Positions 20,257-30,645 of a stretch of 64,000 bases of DNA are shown piece by piece. Numbering within the stretch: the first letter of the stretch is position 1; every line of letters begins with the position of its first letter. Under the pieces are notes generated by a model. It did not search any database, had not been told where the DNA came from, and was given only the letters and a program-made list of their open reading frames with translations. Both the position numbers and the translations under genes were made by a program. Source of the DNA: Deltaproteobacteria bacterium (lineage in GTDB: Bacteria; Myxococcota_A; Polyangia; Fen-1088); NCBI GenBank assembly GCA_033763315.1, contig JANRKS010000035.1, positions 128,001-192,000 on the forward strand, read 5' to 3'.

Positions 20257-21537
20257 CTAACCTGGCGCGGCAGGGGCGGCAGCCATTGAAATCGCACCGG
20301 GCGGGGGCGTTCCGCGTGGCAACGACAGCAAATGAAGCGTTTCACGCAAAGCGAAGGCCAGCGACGCCGCCATCAGCAAGGCCACAAACACGGCTGCCCC
20401 TTTGACCCACGCAGGCGTGGGCACAGGTTCAGGCTCGGGAGCGCCGACCACCAGTTTGCGGTTGCCCAACACACCGGACAGGGCCAGCAGCAAACCCACA
20501 GCGCCGCCACCGAAGTGGGCGCGCAGATCGATGCCTGGCAAAAACGAGATGCCTATGTTGATCAAAAGGGGCGTCGATAGGCCACGCTTGATCCGCGCGG
20601 CAATCAGCGGCGGCAAGATGCCGGCAGGCCGCAGCGACAGTCCATAACCGGCGGTCATCACACCCCAGATGGCGCCCGATGCACCGACCGACCACACGGG
20701 ATCACCGATCAACGAGCTGGCCATGGCGCCACCCAACGCTGAAAGCCCGTAGATCAGCAGGTAGCGCAAGCGCCCCACCACCTGCTCTAAGAACGTGCCG
20801 ACGAAGTACAGCGACAGCATGTTCATCAGCAAGTGCGATTGGCTGCCGTGCAAGAACGCGGACGAGAGCCACCGCCAGACTTGGCCCTCCTTCACCAGGG
20901 ATCCGATGTTGGCGCCCGCCACGGAGATTGCGGTGCCTACCTGCGCCGCACCGAAGCGGAAGAAGACCAACACGCACAAGCCACCCAGCACCGCGCTGAT
21001 CAACGGAAAGCGGCTGCGCGTCTGTTGGTGAAAGCGCACCATCTCCCCGTGCTTTTGTTGCGCCTCAACCACAAGTTGGGCCAAGGCCTCGTCCGTCAAG
21101 GGTGGCCGTTGCGACATTTGCTTTGCGGCGGCCTCAAGCGCGCCCAAATGCCGGCCCTCCACGTGCAACAACACACCGTCTTCCGCCAAATGATAAAGCC
21201 CCACGCTGCGCAGATCGGGCGCGCGTTTGGCTAGATCCGCGAACAAAGCAGGCATTTGGGGATCGCCGCTGGCGATGATCAAGAAGACCGTGGTGCCCTG
21301 CGATTGGAGGAAGGCCAGCAGCCGGTTGGCAAACGCATCGATAGGCTCGCCCGTATACGTGATCAAAGCCACGGGGGCCCCTGTGGCCGCCACGCCGAAC
21401 ACAGCCATCGTGGCGTCAAGACGGGCCAATGGCACTTCCACCGAAGCGTGCTCCACCATCGCCGCCACCAAACGGTTGCGCTGGCCGCGTAACGTGCTGG
21501 CGGGGCTTTGTTGATCCGGAGGCGAAGGGGAATCCAC
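20257..21537 (-). CDS. Rhomboid-family intramembrane serine protease with N-terminal soluble domain
   Basis: WRWLSSAFLHG..HLLMNM, GASG catalytic Ser, AHFGG catalytic His. Confidence 0.9.
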   Translation of the reverse strand: MDSPSPPDQQSPASTLRGQRNRLVAAMVEHASVEVPLARLDATMAVFGVAATGAPVALITYTGEPIDAFANRLLAFLQSQGTTVFLIIASGDPQMPALFADLAKRAPDLRSVGLYHLAEDGVLLHVEGRHLGALEAAAKQMSQRPPLTDEALAQLVVEAQQKHGEMVRFHQQTRSRFPLISAVLGGLCVLVFFRFGAAQVGTAISVAGANIGSLVKEGQVWRWLSSAFLHGSQSHLLMNMLSLYFVGTFLEQVVGRLRYLLIYGLSALGGAMASSLIGDPVWSVGASGAIWGVMTAGYGLSLRPAGILPPLIAARIKRGLSTPLLINIGISFLPGIDLRAHFGGGAVGLLLALSGVLGNRKLVVGAPEPEPVPTPAWVKGAAVFVALLMAASLAFALRETLHLLSLPRGTPPPGAISMAAAPAAPG

Positions 21538-21682
21538 GCTCAGTTGGGTTTATTACGCAGCTGCAGGGCTGTCACGGAACTTCGACGCGCCATCGCTTTT
21601 GCTGCACGTGAGATCGGAGGTGAACCTCGGGGCAAGGTCGGCTACGATTGGCTTTCAAGCTGGTTTTAGCGAAACGAACAAA

Positions 21683-22030
21683 ATGCAACGCGGCAAGAAG
21701 AAGAAAGCCGGCGATGTGGCCTTGGTGGTGGGGCAAACGGAGGACCGCAAGGGGTACCAGGTCCTTCGCAAACGGGGCGATGACGACACCGTTGAGATGG
21801 GGACCGTGCGCCCGCTTGAAGAGGGCAAGCCCATCGAAGGCGAAGTTGTGGGCATGAAACAGCGCAAAGAACACCCGATGCTGTTCGATGTGAAGACCCA
21901 CTTTGATCCCAACCAGGATGAGGCCGTGACACGCGGTGTGGGGCCAGCCAAAGTGGCCACGGAGAAATACCGCCAAGGCTGGGACGCCATTTGGGGCAAA
22001 CGCAAGCGGGCGCCCCAAGAGCTCAATTAG
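21683..22030 (+). CDS. Hypothetical protein
   Basis: Compact ORF with host-like codon usage; GPAKVATEKYRQGWDAIWG C-terminal motif. Confidence 0.65.
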   Translation: MQRGKKKKAGDVALVVGQTEDRKGYQVLRKRGDDDTVEMGTVRPLEEGKPIEGEVVGMKQRKEHPMLFDVKTHFDPNQDEAVTRGVGPAKVATEKYRQGWDAIWGKRKRAPQELN

Positions 22031-23521
22031 TTACGGCACGCTGTAGCGGGCGCGCGCGCCGCGCTCGGTTCGTTCAAGCGGCGGCAAAGGCTGCAAGCCC
22101 AGCAGATATGTCAGCGCGGCATCAAGCGTGGGCAACCGAAAACGAAAGCCCCAGCTTTGCAATTTCGCGGGCGCCATCCTGGTGCTTGATGTTGCCACTT
22201 CGCCCATCTCACCCAAGGCCAACTTCAAAGCCAACGTGGGCACCGGCAAAAACGTGGGACGCCCCAAGGCCTTGCCCATTTTTTGGGTGAACAAAGCGTT
22301 CCGCAACGCCTCTGGTGTGCTTGCGTTGACCGGGCCCGCAAAGCGGTCGTCATAGAGGGCCTGGTGAATCACGCCCACAAGATCGTCGAGCGCGATCCAA
22401 CTCATCCACTGTTTTCCCGTGCCCATGCGACCGCCCACACCCGCGCGGAAGGCGGGCAACATCTTTGCCAGCAAACCTTCCTGTGGCGTCAACACCAGCG
22501 AGATGCGCGGCAACACAACGCGGATGCCGGCCGCCGCGGCTGCCTGCGTGGCGCCCTCCCAGGCTTCACACAGGTCTGCCAAAAAACCATGGCCGCGAGC
22601 CGCGGTTTCATCCACCAGTTCATCACCGCGCTCGCCATAAAAGCCCATGGCTGAAGCGTTGATAAACACCGCGGGCCGCGGCGACAGTTGCGCGGCCAGC
22701 TTGGCCAAGAAGGCCGTGACCTCGACGCGGCTTTTTTGCAGCTTGATTTTGCGATCCGGCGTCCAGCGGCCATCGGCCACGTTCTCACCCGCGAGATTCA
22801 CAATCGCGTCGATGCGGCCCAGCGCCGCGACGTCAACGGTGCCCGCGTAGGGATCCCAAGCCACGGCCTGTCCCACGGCATCGGGCGCCGCAGACGACGA
22901 CGCCCGCACCAGCCGCACAACCTCGTGGCCACCCGTGGACAAAAACGCGCACAGGGCGCGACCCACAAGGCCACTGGCGCCCGCGACCAAAACACGCAAC
23001 GGCGGCCCGCCGTAAGCGGCATGCCGGGACAGATCACCTGCAAGCGCGGCATAACGATGCGCAAACAATCGATGCAGCTTTTTTTCTACCGAGGTGCGGC
23101 CAAAGGCTTCCCCGATGCCACCGCCCGGCACACGGTAGTTGATGTGATCTGTGGCGCGCGTGAGTCCGTCCGCCGGCGCAAAGCGATGCTCATGCGTCCA
23201 AGCGGCAAACGGTCCGCTGACCTGTTCGTCTTTAAAACCAACGCCCTCTTCGTAATCGAAGTGGCGCGCCAACCACTCGAATCGCAACGGGCCGCCATGC
23301 ACACGCAGACTGGTGACGTCACCATCGTGGATCGTCCCCTGTTGTGACAACACCTCCGCGGGCTCCCATGGGGGCATCAAGCGCGCCAAGGCCCCCGGAC
23401 GTTCGTGCCACGCAAACACATGCGCCGGGTCGTAAGGCAGCCGTGTTTCGGCGTCAAATGTCAGATCAAGGCGCACATCACCCGTCCCCTCGCCTCCCAG
23501 AGCCTGATCGTTTGCATCCAT
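22031..23521 (-). CDS. TIGR01777-family NAD-dependent epimerase fused to an N-terminal SRPBCC domain
   Basis: VFAWHERPGALARLMPPW...GPFAAWTHEH, then GASGLVG Rossmann motif, NLAGE, WMSWIALDD. Confidence 0.88.
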   Translation of the reverse strand: MDANDQALGGEGTGDVRLDLTFDAETRLPYDPAHVFAWHERPGALARLMPPWEPAEVLSQQGTIHDGDVTSLRVHGGPLRFEWLARHFDYEEGVGFKDEQVSGPFAAWTHEHRFAPADGLTRATDHINYRVPGGGIGEAFGRTSVEKKLHRLFAHRYAALAGDLSRHAAYGGPPLRVLVAGASGLVGRALCAFLSTGGHEVVRLVRASSSAAPDAVGQAVAWDPYAGTVDVAALGRIDAIVNLAGENVADGRWTPDRKIKLQKSRVEVTAFLAKLAAQLSPRPAVFINASAMGFYGERGDELVDETAARGHGFLADLCEAWEGATQAAAAAGIRVVLPRISLVLTPQEGLLAKMLPAFRAGVGGRMGTGKQWMSWIALDDLVGVIHQALYDDRFAGPVNASTPEALRNALFTQKMGKALGRPTFLPVPTLALKLALGEMGEVATSSTRMAPAKLQSWGFRFRLPTLDAALTYLLGLQPLPPLERTERGARARYSVP

Positions 23522-23565
23522 ATCTCTTTGGATGCCCGCGACCAGGCTTGCAGGGCAGCACACGC

Positions 23566-24525
23566 CTAAAGGCGAATCTTCTCGAAGTGCACCAGATCGG
23601 CGAAGGCCGCGAAGCGATCGCGCACACCGGTGAGATCTAAAGTTTGAAAGCGGTTCAAGCTGAAGTCTTCCACGCAGTAGGACGCCAAAACGGAGCCCAG
23701 GATCAAGGCGGTACGAATGTCCGCGGGCGAGGTGCCACCCATGCGAGCCAACCACCCCATAAAGCCGCCCGCAAACGAATCGCCCGCGCCCGTGGGATCC
23801 ACAACCGTTTCAATCGGGAACGCGGGCGCCGCGAATACACCGCCTTCGTGGAACAACAACGCACCGGCGTCGCCACGTTTGATAACAACGGCGCTTGGCC
23901 CCATCTTTCGAATGGCACGCGCCGCGGCCGGCAGGCTGGAGAGGCCCGACAACTGCCGCGCCTCTTCGTCGTTGAGCAACAGCATATCGACTTTTTGCAA
24001 CAAGCGGCCGAGCGCTTCGCGTTTGCCTTCAATCCAAAAATTCATCGTGTCGCACGCGACGAAGCGCGGGCGGGTCACTTGCTGCAACACATCCAGTTGC
24101 AGTTCGGGATCGATGTTGGCCAAGAAAACGAATTCGGAATCCTTCCAAGCGGCGGGCAACTTGGGCTTAAACGTTGAGAACACGTTGAGCTGCGTGTCCA
24201 ACGTGGTGCGCGTAGAGAAATCGGGGGCGTATTTGCCGGACCAGCGAAAGGTTTTGCCTTCCGCCACTTCCAAGCCCGCGAGATCCACGTGCCGCGATTT
24301 CATGAACGCCACGTGCTGATCGGGAAAGTCGCTGCCGACCACACCCACCAAGCGGGCGGGCGCCAAGAACGAGGCAGCCACGGCGGAATAAGAGGCGGCA
24401 CCGCCCAAGATGTCGCTGTGGCGTCCCGCGACGGTTTCAACCGTGTCGAGGCCAACCGAGCCAACAATGAGCAATGAGGAGGGTGAATGGGATGCGCCCG
24501 TGCCGGGCAAAGTCTGCGCAGTCAT
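23566..24525 (-). CDS. PfkB-family carbohydrate/nucleoside kinase
   Basis: VGSVGLD, LGGAASY, DPTGAGDSFAGG signature. Confidence 0.92.
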   Translation of the reverse strand: MTAQTLPGTGASHSPSSLLIVGSVGLDTVETVAGRHSDILGGAASYSAVAASFLAPARLVGVVGSDFPDQHVAFMKSRHVDLAGLEVAEGKTFRWSGKYAPDFSTRTTLDTQLNVFSTFKPKLPAAWKDSEFVFLANIDPELQLDVLQQVTRPRFVACDTMNFWIEGKREALGRLLQKVDMLLLNDEEARQLSGLSSLPAAARAIRKMGPSAVVIKRGDAGALLFHEGGVFAAPAFPIETVVDPTGAGDSFAGGFMGWLARMGGTSPADIRTALILGSVLASYCVEDFSLNRFQTLDLTGVRDRFAAFADLVHFEKIRL

Positions 24526-24612
24526 GCCCCCTGCTACCACAAAATGCCCCAAATTTGGGGAAGAAGTACGGACGGCGCCCGGCCGTGTAGCGCTCTGTTA
24601 CGATGACTTGGC

Positions 24613-26649
24613 ATGCCGCACTCCTCCGATTCTCGGCCGTCCGCTGCGACTGACGACGTGGCCGCGTTGGTACGCGCGGGCCGTCACGACGAAGCGGCCG
24701 CGCTATGCGAGGCGCGCGGCGATTACGCACAGGCGGCCGCGCTTCATGAAAAGTTGTGGGCGTTCGACAAAGCGTGGCCGTTGGCGGAACGCCTTGGCGA
24801 TTGGCCGCGGGCCATACGATTGGCACTTGAGGCCAAGGCGATGACGGACGCGCGGCGGATGGCGGCGCGCGTGCCTGCAGACGACAAACAAGCCTTGTTG
24901 CGCGTGTGTGAGGCATTCGCCGGGCGCGGTGAATTTGAGGCGGCGGCTCAGATGGCGGAACGGGCGGGCGACCTGCGGCGCGCGGCCGATCTATATCGGC
25001 GTGCGGCCATGCCGGTGGCGGCGGCCAGCGCCTTGGTGGCCGCTGGCCAGTTGCGTGACGCCGCCCGCCTGCTGGACAACGTCATCACCACGGCCGATCC
25101 CAGCACAGGTGCCGCCGCCGGCCTTGAGCGCGCACAAGCGCAATTGTTGATGGGCAAACTGATGGCGCGGCTCGGCCGCCCGTGGGACGCGGCGCGCGCG
25201 CTGCAAAAAGCCGCGCATGAGCCGGCCACGATGGTGGAGGCCCGTCGCTATCTGTGTGGCGTGCTGCTTGAGTTGCAACTGCCACAAGCGGCGCAAGAAG
25301 TTGCGCGGCGCTTGCACCTACAAGATCCCCGCTGGCCGCGCACGGCGACGGACGTGGCTGCAACGTTGCCCACCGACGCGCGTGAAGTGCCCAATCGTTT
25401 CGTGGTGCAACGGCTGCTGGGAGCGGGCGCCACAGGCCGCGTGTTCTTGGCGACCGATCGGTTGTTTGATCGAGACGTGGCGCTCAAGGCATTGTCGGTG
25501 GGCGCCACGGGCCCTGAAGAACAAGCTCTTGCGCGCTTTGTGCGTGAAGCCGAAGCTGCGGGCCGGTTGCGGCACCATCACATCGTGGCGTTGCACGAGG
25601 TCGACGTGTCGGCCGGCATCCTGGTGTTCGAGTATTTGGCGGGCGGGTCGTTGGCGGATGCGCTGCAAAGCGAGCCCGTGCTGCCAGTGGCGAAGGTGCG
25701 GCGTTTGGCGCTTGAAGTGTTGGACGCACTTTCGGCCGCCCATGAAGCCGGCATCGTCCATCGCGACGTCAAGCCCGCCAACATTTTCTTCGACGGCGCG
25801 GGCAGTGCCAAACTGGGTGACTTTGGCGCCGCCCACCTGCTGGATTTTGGGCAAACGCAGACGGGCGGCTTGATTGGCACCTTGGCGTATTTGTCACCCG
25901 AGCAAGTCACGGGTGATCGCATCGGGCCCGCGGCGGATCTTTATGGGTTGGCAGCGACCCTCTTCGAAGCGCTGACAGGACGGCCGCCGTTTTTGGGGCC
26001 CGATTTTGTGAGCCAACACTTGGCGGAAGAGCCGGTGCGGCCCAGCGGTCTAATGAGCGCCGTTGACGACGTGACGGCCCAACTTGTGGACGCCGTGTTG
26101 CTGCGCGCGCTGGCGAAGACGCCCAATGATCGCTTCAGCAGCGCGCGGGCGATGGCCGAAGCGGTGCGACGGTGGCCGGTTCATGCGGCATTGATGGCAT
26201 CACCTACGTCAACGGCGCCGCGTGCTCCCTCCCCACCGGAAGCCGCACCGGTGACTGAGACCGTGGCGCAGCTGTTGGGAAACAGCGGCGATGGCGTGTT
26301 GTTGGCAAAGCACGACAAACGTACCGATCGCCGCGTGCTGGTGTGGCGCCCACAAAACCCGCTCGACACACCACAACGTCAAGCGTGGCAGCGCATCGCC
26401 GCGTTGGGCGGCGCACACGTGCAACGTGTTTTAGGGCTCGCCAACGAACACAACGTGGTGGGCACCGAGGTGTGGCTTGAATGGATCGAAGGCGAGCCAC
26501 TGCCACAACCGCCCGCACAACTGCGAGAGCTAACACCGCTATTGTGCGAGTTGTTGTCGCAGGCCACAGGCATCAGCGTGCAAACGCTTGGGTGTGTGCT
26601 GTCCGTCGGCGGCCCCGTATTGCTGGTGCAGCCGCCGCTTGGCGCCTAA
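24613..26649 (+). CDS. Hanks-type Ser/Thr protein kinase with N-terminal TPR-like repeats
   Basis: LGAGATGRV, VALK, HRDVKPAN, DFG, YLSPEQ, DLYGL. Confidence 0.92.
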   Translation: MPHSSDSRPSAATDDVAALVRAGRHDEAAALCEARGDYAQAAALHEKLWAFDKAWPLAERLGDWPRAIRLALEAKAMTDARRMAARVPADDKQALLRVCEAFAGRGEFEAAAQMAERAGDLRRAADLYRRAAMPVAAASALVAAGQLRDAARLLDNVITTADPSTGAAAGLERAQAQLLMGKLMARLGRPWDAARALQKAAHEPATMVEARRYLCGVLLELQLPQAAQEVARRLHLQDPRWPRTATDVAATLPTDAREVPNRFVVQRLLGAGATGRVFLATDRLFDRDVALKALSVGATGPEEQALARFVREAEAAGRLRHHHIVALHEVDVSAGILVFEYLAGGSLADALQSEPVLPVAKVRRLALEVLDALSAAHEAGIVHRDVKPANIFFDGAGSAKLGDFGAAHLLDFGQTQTGGLIGTLAYLSPEQVTGDRIGPAADLYGLAATLFEALTGRPPFLGPDFVSQHLAEEPVRPSGLMSAVDDVTAQLVDAVLLRALAKTPNDRFSSARAMAEAVRRWPVHAALMASPTSTAPRAPSPPEAAPVTETVAQLLGNSGDGVLLAKHDKRTDRRVLVWRPQNPLDTPQRQAWQRIAALGGAHVQRVLGLANEHNVVGTEVWLEWIEGEPLPQPPAQLRELTPLLCELLSQATGISVQTLGCVLSVGGPVLLVQPPLGA

Positions 26650-26656
26650 CACCAGC

Positions 26657-27991
26657 TCACCGGTTGCGCTTCTGTGCGGCTGGGGGCAACGGCGAAAAAC
26701 GCGCGAACAACTCCGTGACGTACCACACCACAGCACCGTCGGAGCTCGTCGTGGCCACAACGCCGATGCCTGCGTGTGTGGCCAACGCGTCGAACACGTT
26801 GCTGCGGTGTCCAGGGCTGGCCATGAAACCATCATGAACGGCCGCGGGCGAGGTGGCACCACCCACGTTCTCACCCAGCGATGTGGGTGAGAGTTTCGCA
26901 GCGCGAATGCGATCCACAGGGGTGCGGCCATCGGGCGATGTGTGCGCCACGCGTTCCAGGCGCGCCATTTCATCGCTATGCCGTCGAGCCACATCTCGCA
27001 AGCGCACGTCGAGGATCAACGCGGGCAGGTGGCGCTTGGCGCGAAGATCGTTGATGACAGCGAGCATCGTGTTTTCCACGGCTAGCGGCGTTGTGGCCCC
27101 GGCAAACAAATCTGTGGCAGACCCGTCAAACCGGGCGGGAGGCGCCACGTCGCAGAAAACGGGCACGTTCACCATGACTTCCGGACCGCGGCTCGCTTCA
27201 GCCAACAGCTCTACGTCGTAAGCGCCCGGGCCAGCCACACACGAAAACGCACCGCGGAAACCCCGCCCTTGCACTTGCAGCGGGAGATGGACCGTGGCGC
27301 CCGACGGTGTGGTGAGAACAAACTCTGCGTTGCCATATCCCGCCGGCAAAGAGCCGGCGAATGAAGCGCTTGCGGATCCTTGCAGCACGCGCGGCAGCGG
27401 CTGCAGATCGATGGCGCTTAAACCCATCAACACGATAATGTTCACCGTTCCATTGGCTCGGTAGCTGCCCACGCCCAACCGCGGCCAGGCGACTTTCGTC
27501 AAACGCGGTCGCAATTGTGTCATCGCGAGGTCCGCGGCATCCGCGTCACCAGCGTCGGTGTGCACCACCAAAAGGCCGGGCTGAGGCTCGGCCACACCAT
27601 AGTGATGAACGAAGAAACCCACGAGCTCGTTCGTGATGCTGCCCGCTGGCACGCGCGCCAGATCGGCCGCGGCGCGATCTAGACGTCCATCGGAAACCGG
27701 TGCGGCGAAGCCCGCGGAAGCCACCTCGCGCCGGATCGCTTTGCGCACTTGTGCGGTGAGCGGGCCATCGTCAAAAGGAGGCAATGGCGGGCCGCCATAC
27801 GTCGTGGCGGCAGGCGCCGAGGGCCTCGACCAGGGAGTCGGGCTGGGAATGGTCGCATTGTTGGGGGCCACCGCCGGTTGGACCTGTGGCCTCGACGCCG
27901 CGGGCTGGCCGGGACGTGTGACGGGTGGCGCATGAACACAAGCCACCGCCAGCAACAACGCGAGCCTCAAACCCACACGGACGAACGACAT
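26657..27991 (-). CDS. CAP/SCP-domain lipoprotein
   Basis: GGAG before ATG 27991; lipobox AVAC; INDLRA...ARRHSDEM...GENV...MASPGHRSN CAP motifs. Confidence 0.85.
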   Translation of the reverse strand: MSFVRVGLRLALLLAVACVHAPPVTRPGQPAASRPQVQPAVAPNNATIPSPTPWSRPSAPAATTYGGPPLPPFDDGPLTAQVRKAIRREVASAGFAAPVSDGRLDRAAADLARVPAGSITNELVGFFVHHYGVAEPQPGLLVVHTDAGDADAADLAMTQLRPRLTKVAWPRLGVGSYRANGTVNIIVLMGLSAIDLQPLPRVLQGSASASFAGSLPAGYGNAEFVLTTPSGATVHLPLQVQGRGFRGAFSCVAGPGAYDVELLAEASRGPEVMVNVPVFCDVAPPARFDGSATDLFAGATTPLAVENTMLAVINDLRAKRHLPALILDVRLRDVARRHSDEMARLERVAHTSPDGRTPVDRIRAAKLSPTSLGENVGGATSPAAVHDGFMASPGHRSNVFDALATHAGIGVVATTSSDGAVVWYVTELFARFSPLPPAAQKRNR

Positions 27992-28011
27992 ACACTCCAA
28001 TGGTAGTCGGG

Positions 28012-28377
28012 ATGCCTGCGGCTTGCTATCGATCGCCCACGCCTGTGCCACCTTTTGCCCTCGACTGCCAACGCTGCGGCGCCTGTTGCACGAACCCGGC
28101 CGAAAACCGTAACGAAGGGTTCCGCGACTGGGTCGAGATCGATCCGCGCGACGTGATCTTGCAGCGGCCGAAACAGAGGCACTTGATCGTCCTTAACAAC
28201 GAAGGCCAGCCACACTTGCGCCTTGATCCCGCGGGTCGTTGTGTGGCCTTGCGAGGCAAACTGGGGCAGCGGGTGACCTGCGCGATCTACGAGATCCGTC
28301 CGCGCGCGTGCCAACGCCTGCAGGCCGGCTCGGATCGTTGCTTGGAATACAGGCGCGAGCGGGGCTTCGAAACATAA
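28012..28377 (+). CDS. YkgJ-family CxxCxxCC cysteine-cluster protein; start uncertain
   Basis: DCQRCGACC, RCVAL, CAIYEIRPRAC. Confidence 0.8.
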   Translation: MPAACYRSPTPVPPFALDCQRCGACCTNPAENRNEGFRDWVEIDPRDVILQRPKQRHLIVLNNEGQPHLRLDPAGRCVALRGKLGQRVTCAIYEIRPRACQRLQAGSDRCLEYRRERGFET

Positions 28378-28420
28378 AAAGGGCCCAGACGCGCGTTCAC
28401 CGCGTCGCCAGACCCTTTTT
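28376..28420. terminator. Probable bidirectional intrinsic terminator
   Basis: AAAAAGGG...GACGCG/CGCGTC...CCCTTTTT between convergent genes. Confidence 0.6.
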
Positions 28421-28434
28421 GCGAATCAACCGTA

Positions 28435-29889
28435 TTACTTAGGCGCGATTTTCATCGGCTCTTCGCCCTTGGGGGCGGCCTTGGGCATCCCCTCAAGCGC
28501 CGCCCCAATTTGCTTGGCGCGTGCGGCTGACTTCGCCGCTTTTTGCTCGGCCTCTTTGGCGGCCTTGTCATCCGCTGGCTTGGCGTCATCTTTCTTGTCG
28601 GCCTTCACTTCTGCCGCAGGCACGTCGCCCTTTTCATTGACGAACGTGACTGTGCCGAAGCGATCCAATTTGTGGAAATCACCCACCAGCGGCGGCGACC
28701 AGCCCTGCGCTTCTTGCGCCCCGCTCTTGTTCAGGTCCAAGCGGAACATGTTGAGGCGCCACGAATCACCGAACGCGGGCGGCACCTTCACCGCATCGTT
28801 GCCTTTGCCGAGGCCACCCACGTCCGCGAGCGGTATCGCGATTTCGGCGGTCCAGCTTTGATCAACGTCGTCGCGTTTGTTCAACGTGCCTTCCACCTTC
28901 ACAGCGGCTTTGATGCCTGAATTCCAGGAGAAGGGCTTGGCCTTTGGATCGATTACGTCTTCGTATTTGCGGTATTCAGGCAAGTACGTGTCGAACACGG
29001 TGCCCTTCGGCGACACTTGAAATTCCGTATACGTTTTGCCGTCGCCGTTGGCGTCGATCATGATCTCAACGGCTTCTTGCTGCCACAGCTTATCGTCGCG
29101 TTTATCGAACTCACCCCACACATCGTCGTCTTGGCTTTCGAAACCGATGTAGAGGTACTTGTCGTCCCACAGCAGTTTTGCATCTGTCTTTTGGCGCACA
29201 GGCTCGCCGGTCATCGTGTTCAAGAACACGCCCACCGAAGGCGCTTCGGCCCACGCCGCTTCATCGAGTTTGCCGTCCAACTTGGGCGCTTTTGCGACCT
29301 TGCGGGCCGCATACTTGCGTTCGATCGGTGGCTGCTTGCCTTTCACTTCCAGGACGGCAGCCAGCAAACGGTCCTTGCCATCTTGGGGACCGCTTTTCAC
29401 GGCCAAGCGTTGGTTGCCCTTCCAGACGCCCACGTGAATTTCGACGATCGGGTGTGGCCACGTGGGGGGCAGGCGAATGGTGTGTTCGTCGCGGATGATG
29501 TCCCCGGCTTTCCATTGGCTCACGGGGTACTTGCCGCGAATGGGGCCGTGGTCGAAATTCAAGAAGCCTTGGTTGTTGTGGCCCGAAGCGTGCGTAAACG
29601 TGCGCCAGCCATCGCCCGGTGGTGAAACCACCTTCCAATAATGGGTGAGCTTGACGTCTTTGCCGGGCTCAACCGGAACAGGGTCGGCATCCATGCCCAG
29701 GTAGACCACCTTGCCGTCGAGATCGGCGTTCACCGCGATCTTGGGCGATGGTGCCGCGCTCAGCAGATGCTGCTTCACGAAGGTCATGTCTTCGGCGGTG
29801 GGCTTGTCGTCCTGTTGCTCCACGCAACCAGTACCGGCCAAAGCCAAGGGAAAACCTAGTGAAAGCAACAGTTTTTTTGATCGAAGCAT
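28435..29889 (-). CDS. Lipoprotein with CBM9-like (DOMON-like) sugar-binding domain
   Basis: AAGGAG before ATG 29889; lipobox AGTGC; PKLDGKLDEAAW, LWDDKYLYIGF, WTAEIAIP, WRLNMFR. Confidence 0.82.
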   Translation of the reverse strand: MLRSKKLLLSLGFPLALAGTGCVEQQDDKPTAEDMTFVKQHLLSAAPSPKIAVNADLDGKVVYLGMDADPVPVEPGKDVKLTHYWKVVSPPGDGWRTFTHASGHNNQGFLNFDHGPIRGKYPVSQWKAGDIIRDEHTIRLPPTWPHPIVEIHVGVWKGNQRLAVKSGPQDGKDRLLAAVLEVKGKQPPIERKYAARKVAKAPKLDGKLDEAAWAEAPSVGVFLNTMTGEPVRQKTDAKLLWDDKYLYIGFESQDDDVWGEFDKRDDKLWQQEAVEIMIDANGDGKTYTEFQVSPKGTVFDTYLPEYRKYEDVIDPKAKPFSWNSGIKAAVKVEGTLNKRDDVDQSWTAEIAIPLADVGGLGKGNDAVKVPPAFGDSWRLNMFRLDLNKSGAQEAQGWSPPLVGDFHKLDRFGTVTFVNEKGDVPAAEVKADKKDDAKPADDKAAKEAEQKAAKSAARAKQIGAALEGMPKAAPKGEEPMKIAPK

Positions 29890-30036
29890 AGTTGGGCGTC
29901 TCCTTACGGCAGGTGCAGCCAAGGGCGGCAGCTCGTTGGCTTTCTACTGAAGGTCGTCCGCGATTGCAAACGCGGCGACACCAAAGCCCGCGGCCCGTGG
30001 GTGGCGGCAAGGCGTGCTAAAGCAGGCACAAAGCCG

Positions 30037-30645
30037 ATGTCGTTACAAAGCAAGCCAATTGTCACGCTCGTGGGTGGGGGCGTGCGCTGTGGAAAAAGCG
30101 CCTTCGCGCTGGCGCGTGCCCATGCCCTGGGCCCCCGGCGCGGCTTCATCGCCACCGCGCAGGCGTTCGACAAAGAAATGGCGGATCGCATCGCGAATCA
30201 TAAAGCGGAGCGCGCAGGCCAATTCACCACCATCGAAGCGCCCATGGCCGTGGCCCAAGCCGTGCGCGACTTGCAGGAAATGGATGTTGTTGTGATTGAT
30301 TGCCTCACGCTTTGGTTATCCAACCTGCTGATGGCCGATCTGGCCGACGCGGACATCTATGCCGAGCTTGATGGTTTGGTGGCCGCGATCGCGGCAGGCC
30401 GTTCGCATCTGGTGCTGGTGACCAACGAAGTGGGGTTAGGCGTGGTGCCGCCCACGCCGCTCGGCCGCCGGTTTCGCGATTTGGCGGGCCGCGTGCATCA
30501 AAGGTGTGCCGCCGTCGCGGACGAAGTTTATTTTGGGGCTTTAGGCTGCATGTTGCGCTTGCGCCCGAACCCGGTGTGCCTCGTAATGGCACACGAGTTT
30601 GCCACCGTTTCTGCGGCCCCGCTCGCTCGTGAGGAGGCACTATGA
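30037..30645 (+). CDS. cobU: Adenosylcobinamide kinase/adenosylcobinamide-phosphate guanylyltransferase
   Basis: GGVRCGKS, EMADRIANH, DCLTLWLSN, VTNEVGLG, RFRD. Confidence 0.93.
   Translation: MSLQSKPIVTLVGGGVRCGKSAFALARAHALGPRRGFIATAQAFDKEMADRIANHKAERAGQFTTIEAPMAVAQAVRDLQEMDVVVIDCLTLWLSNLLMADLADADIYAELDGLVAAIAAGRSHLVLVTNEVGLGVVPPTPLGRRFRDLAGRVHQRCAAVADEVYFGALGCMLRLRPNPVCLVMAHEFATVSAAPLAREEAL

Noticed and set aside
20257-21537. Rhomboid as sortase for the CTERM protein at 10277
   Set aside because: Rhombosortases act on GlyGly-CTERM; MYXO-CTERM processing is attributed to a different protease family, and the genes are 9 kb apart
29890-30036. Cobalamin riboswitch upstream of cobU
   Set aside because: Region is short and no B12-box-like sequence is recognisable
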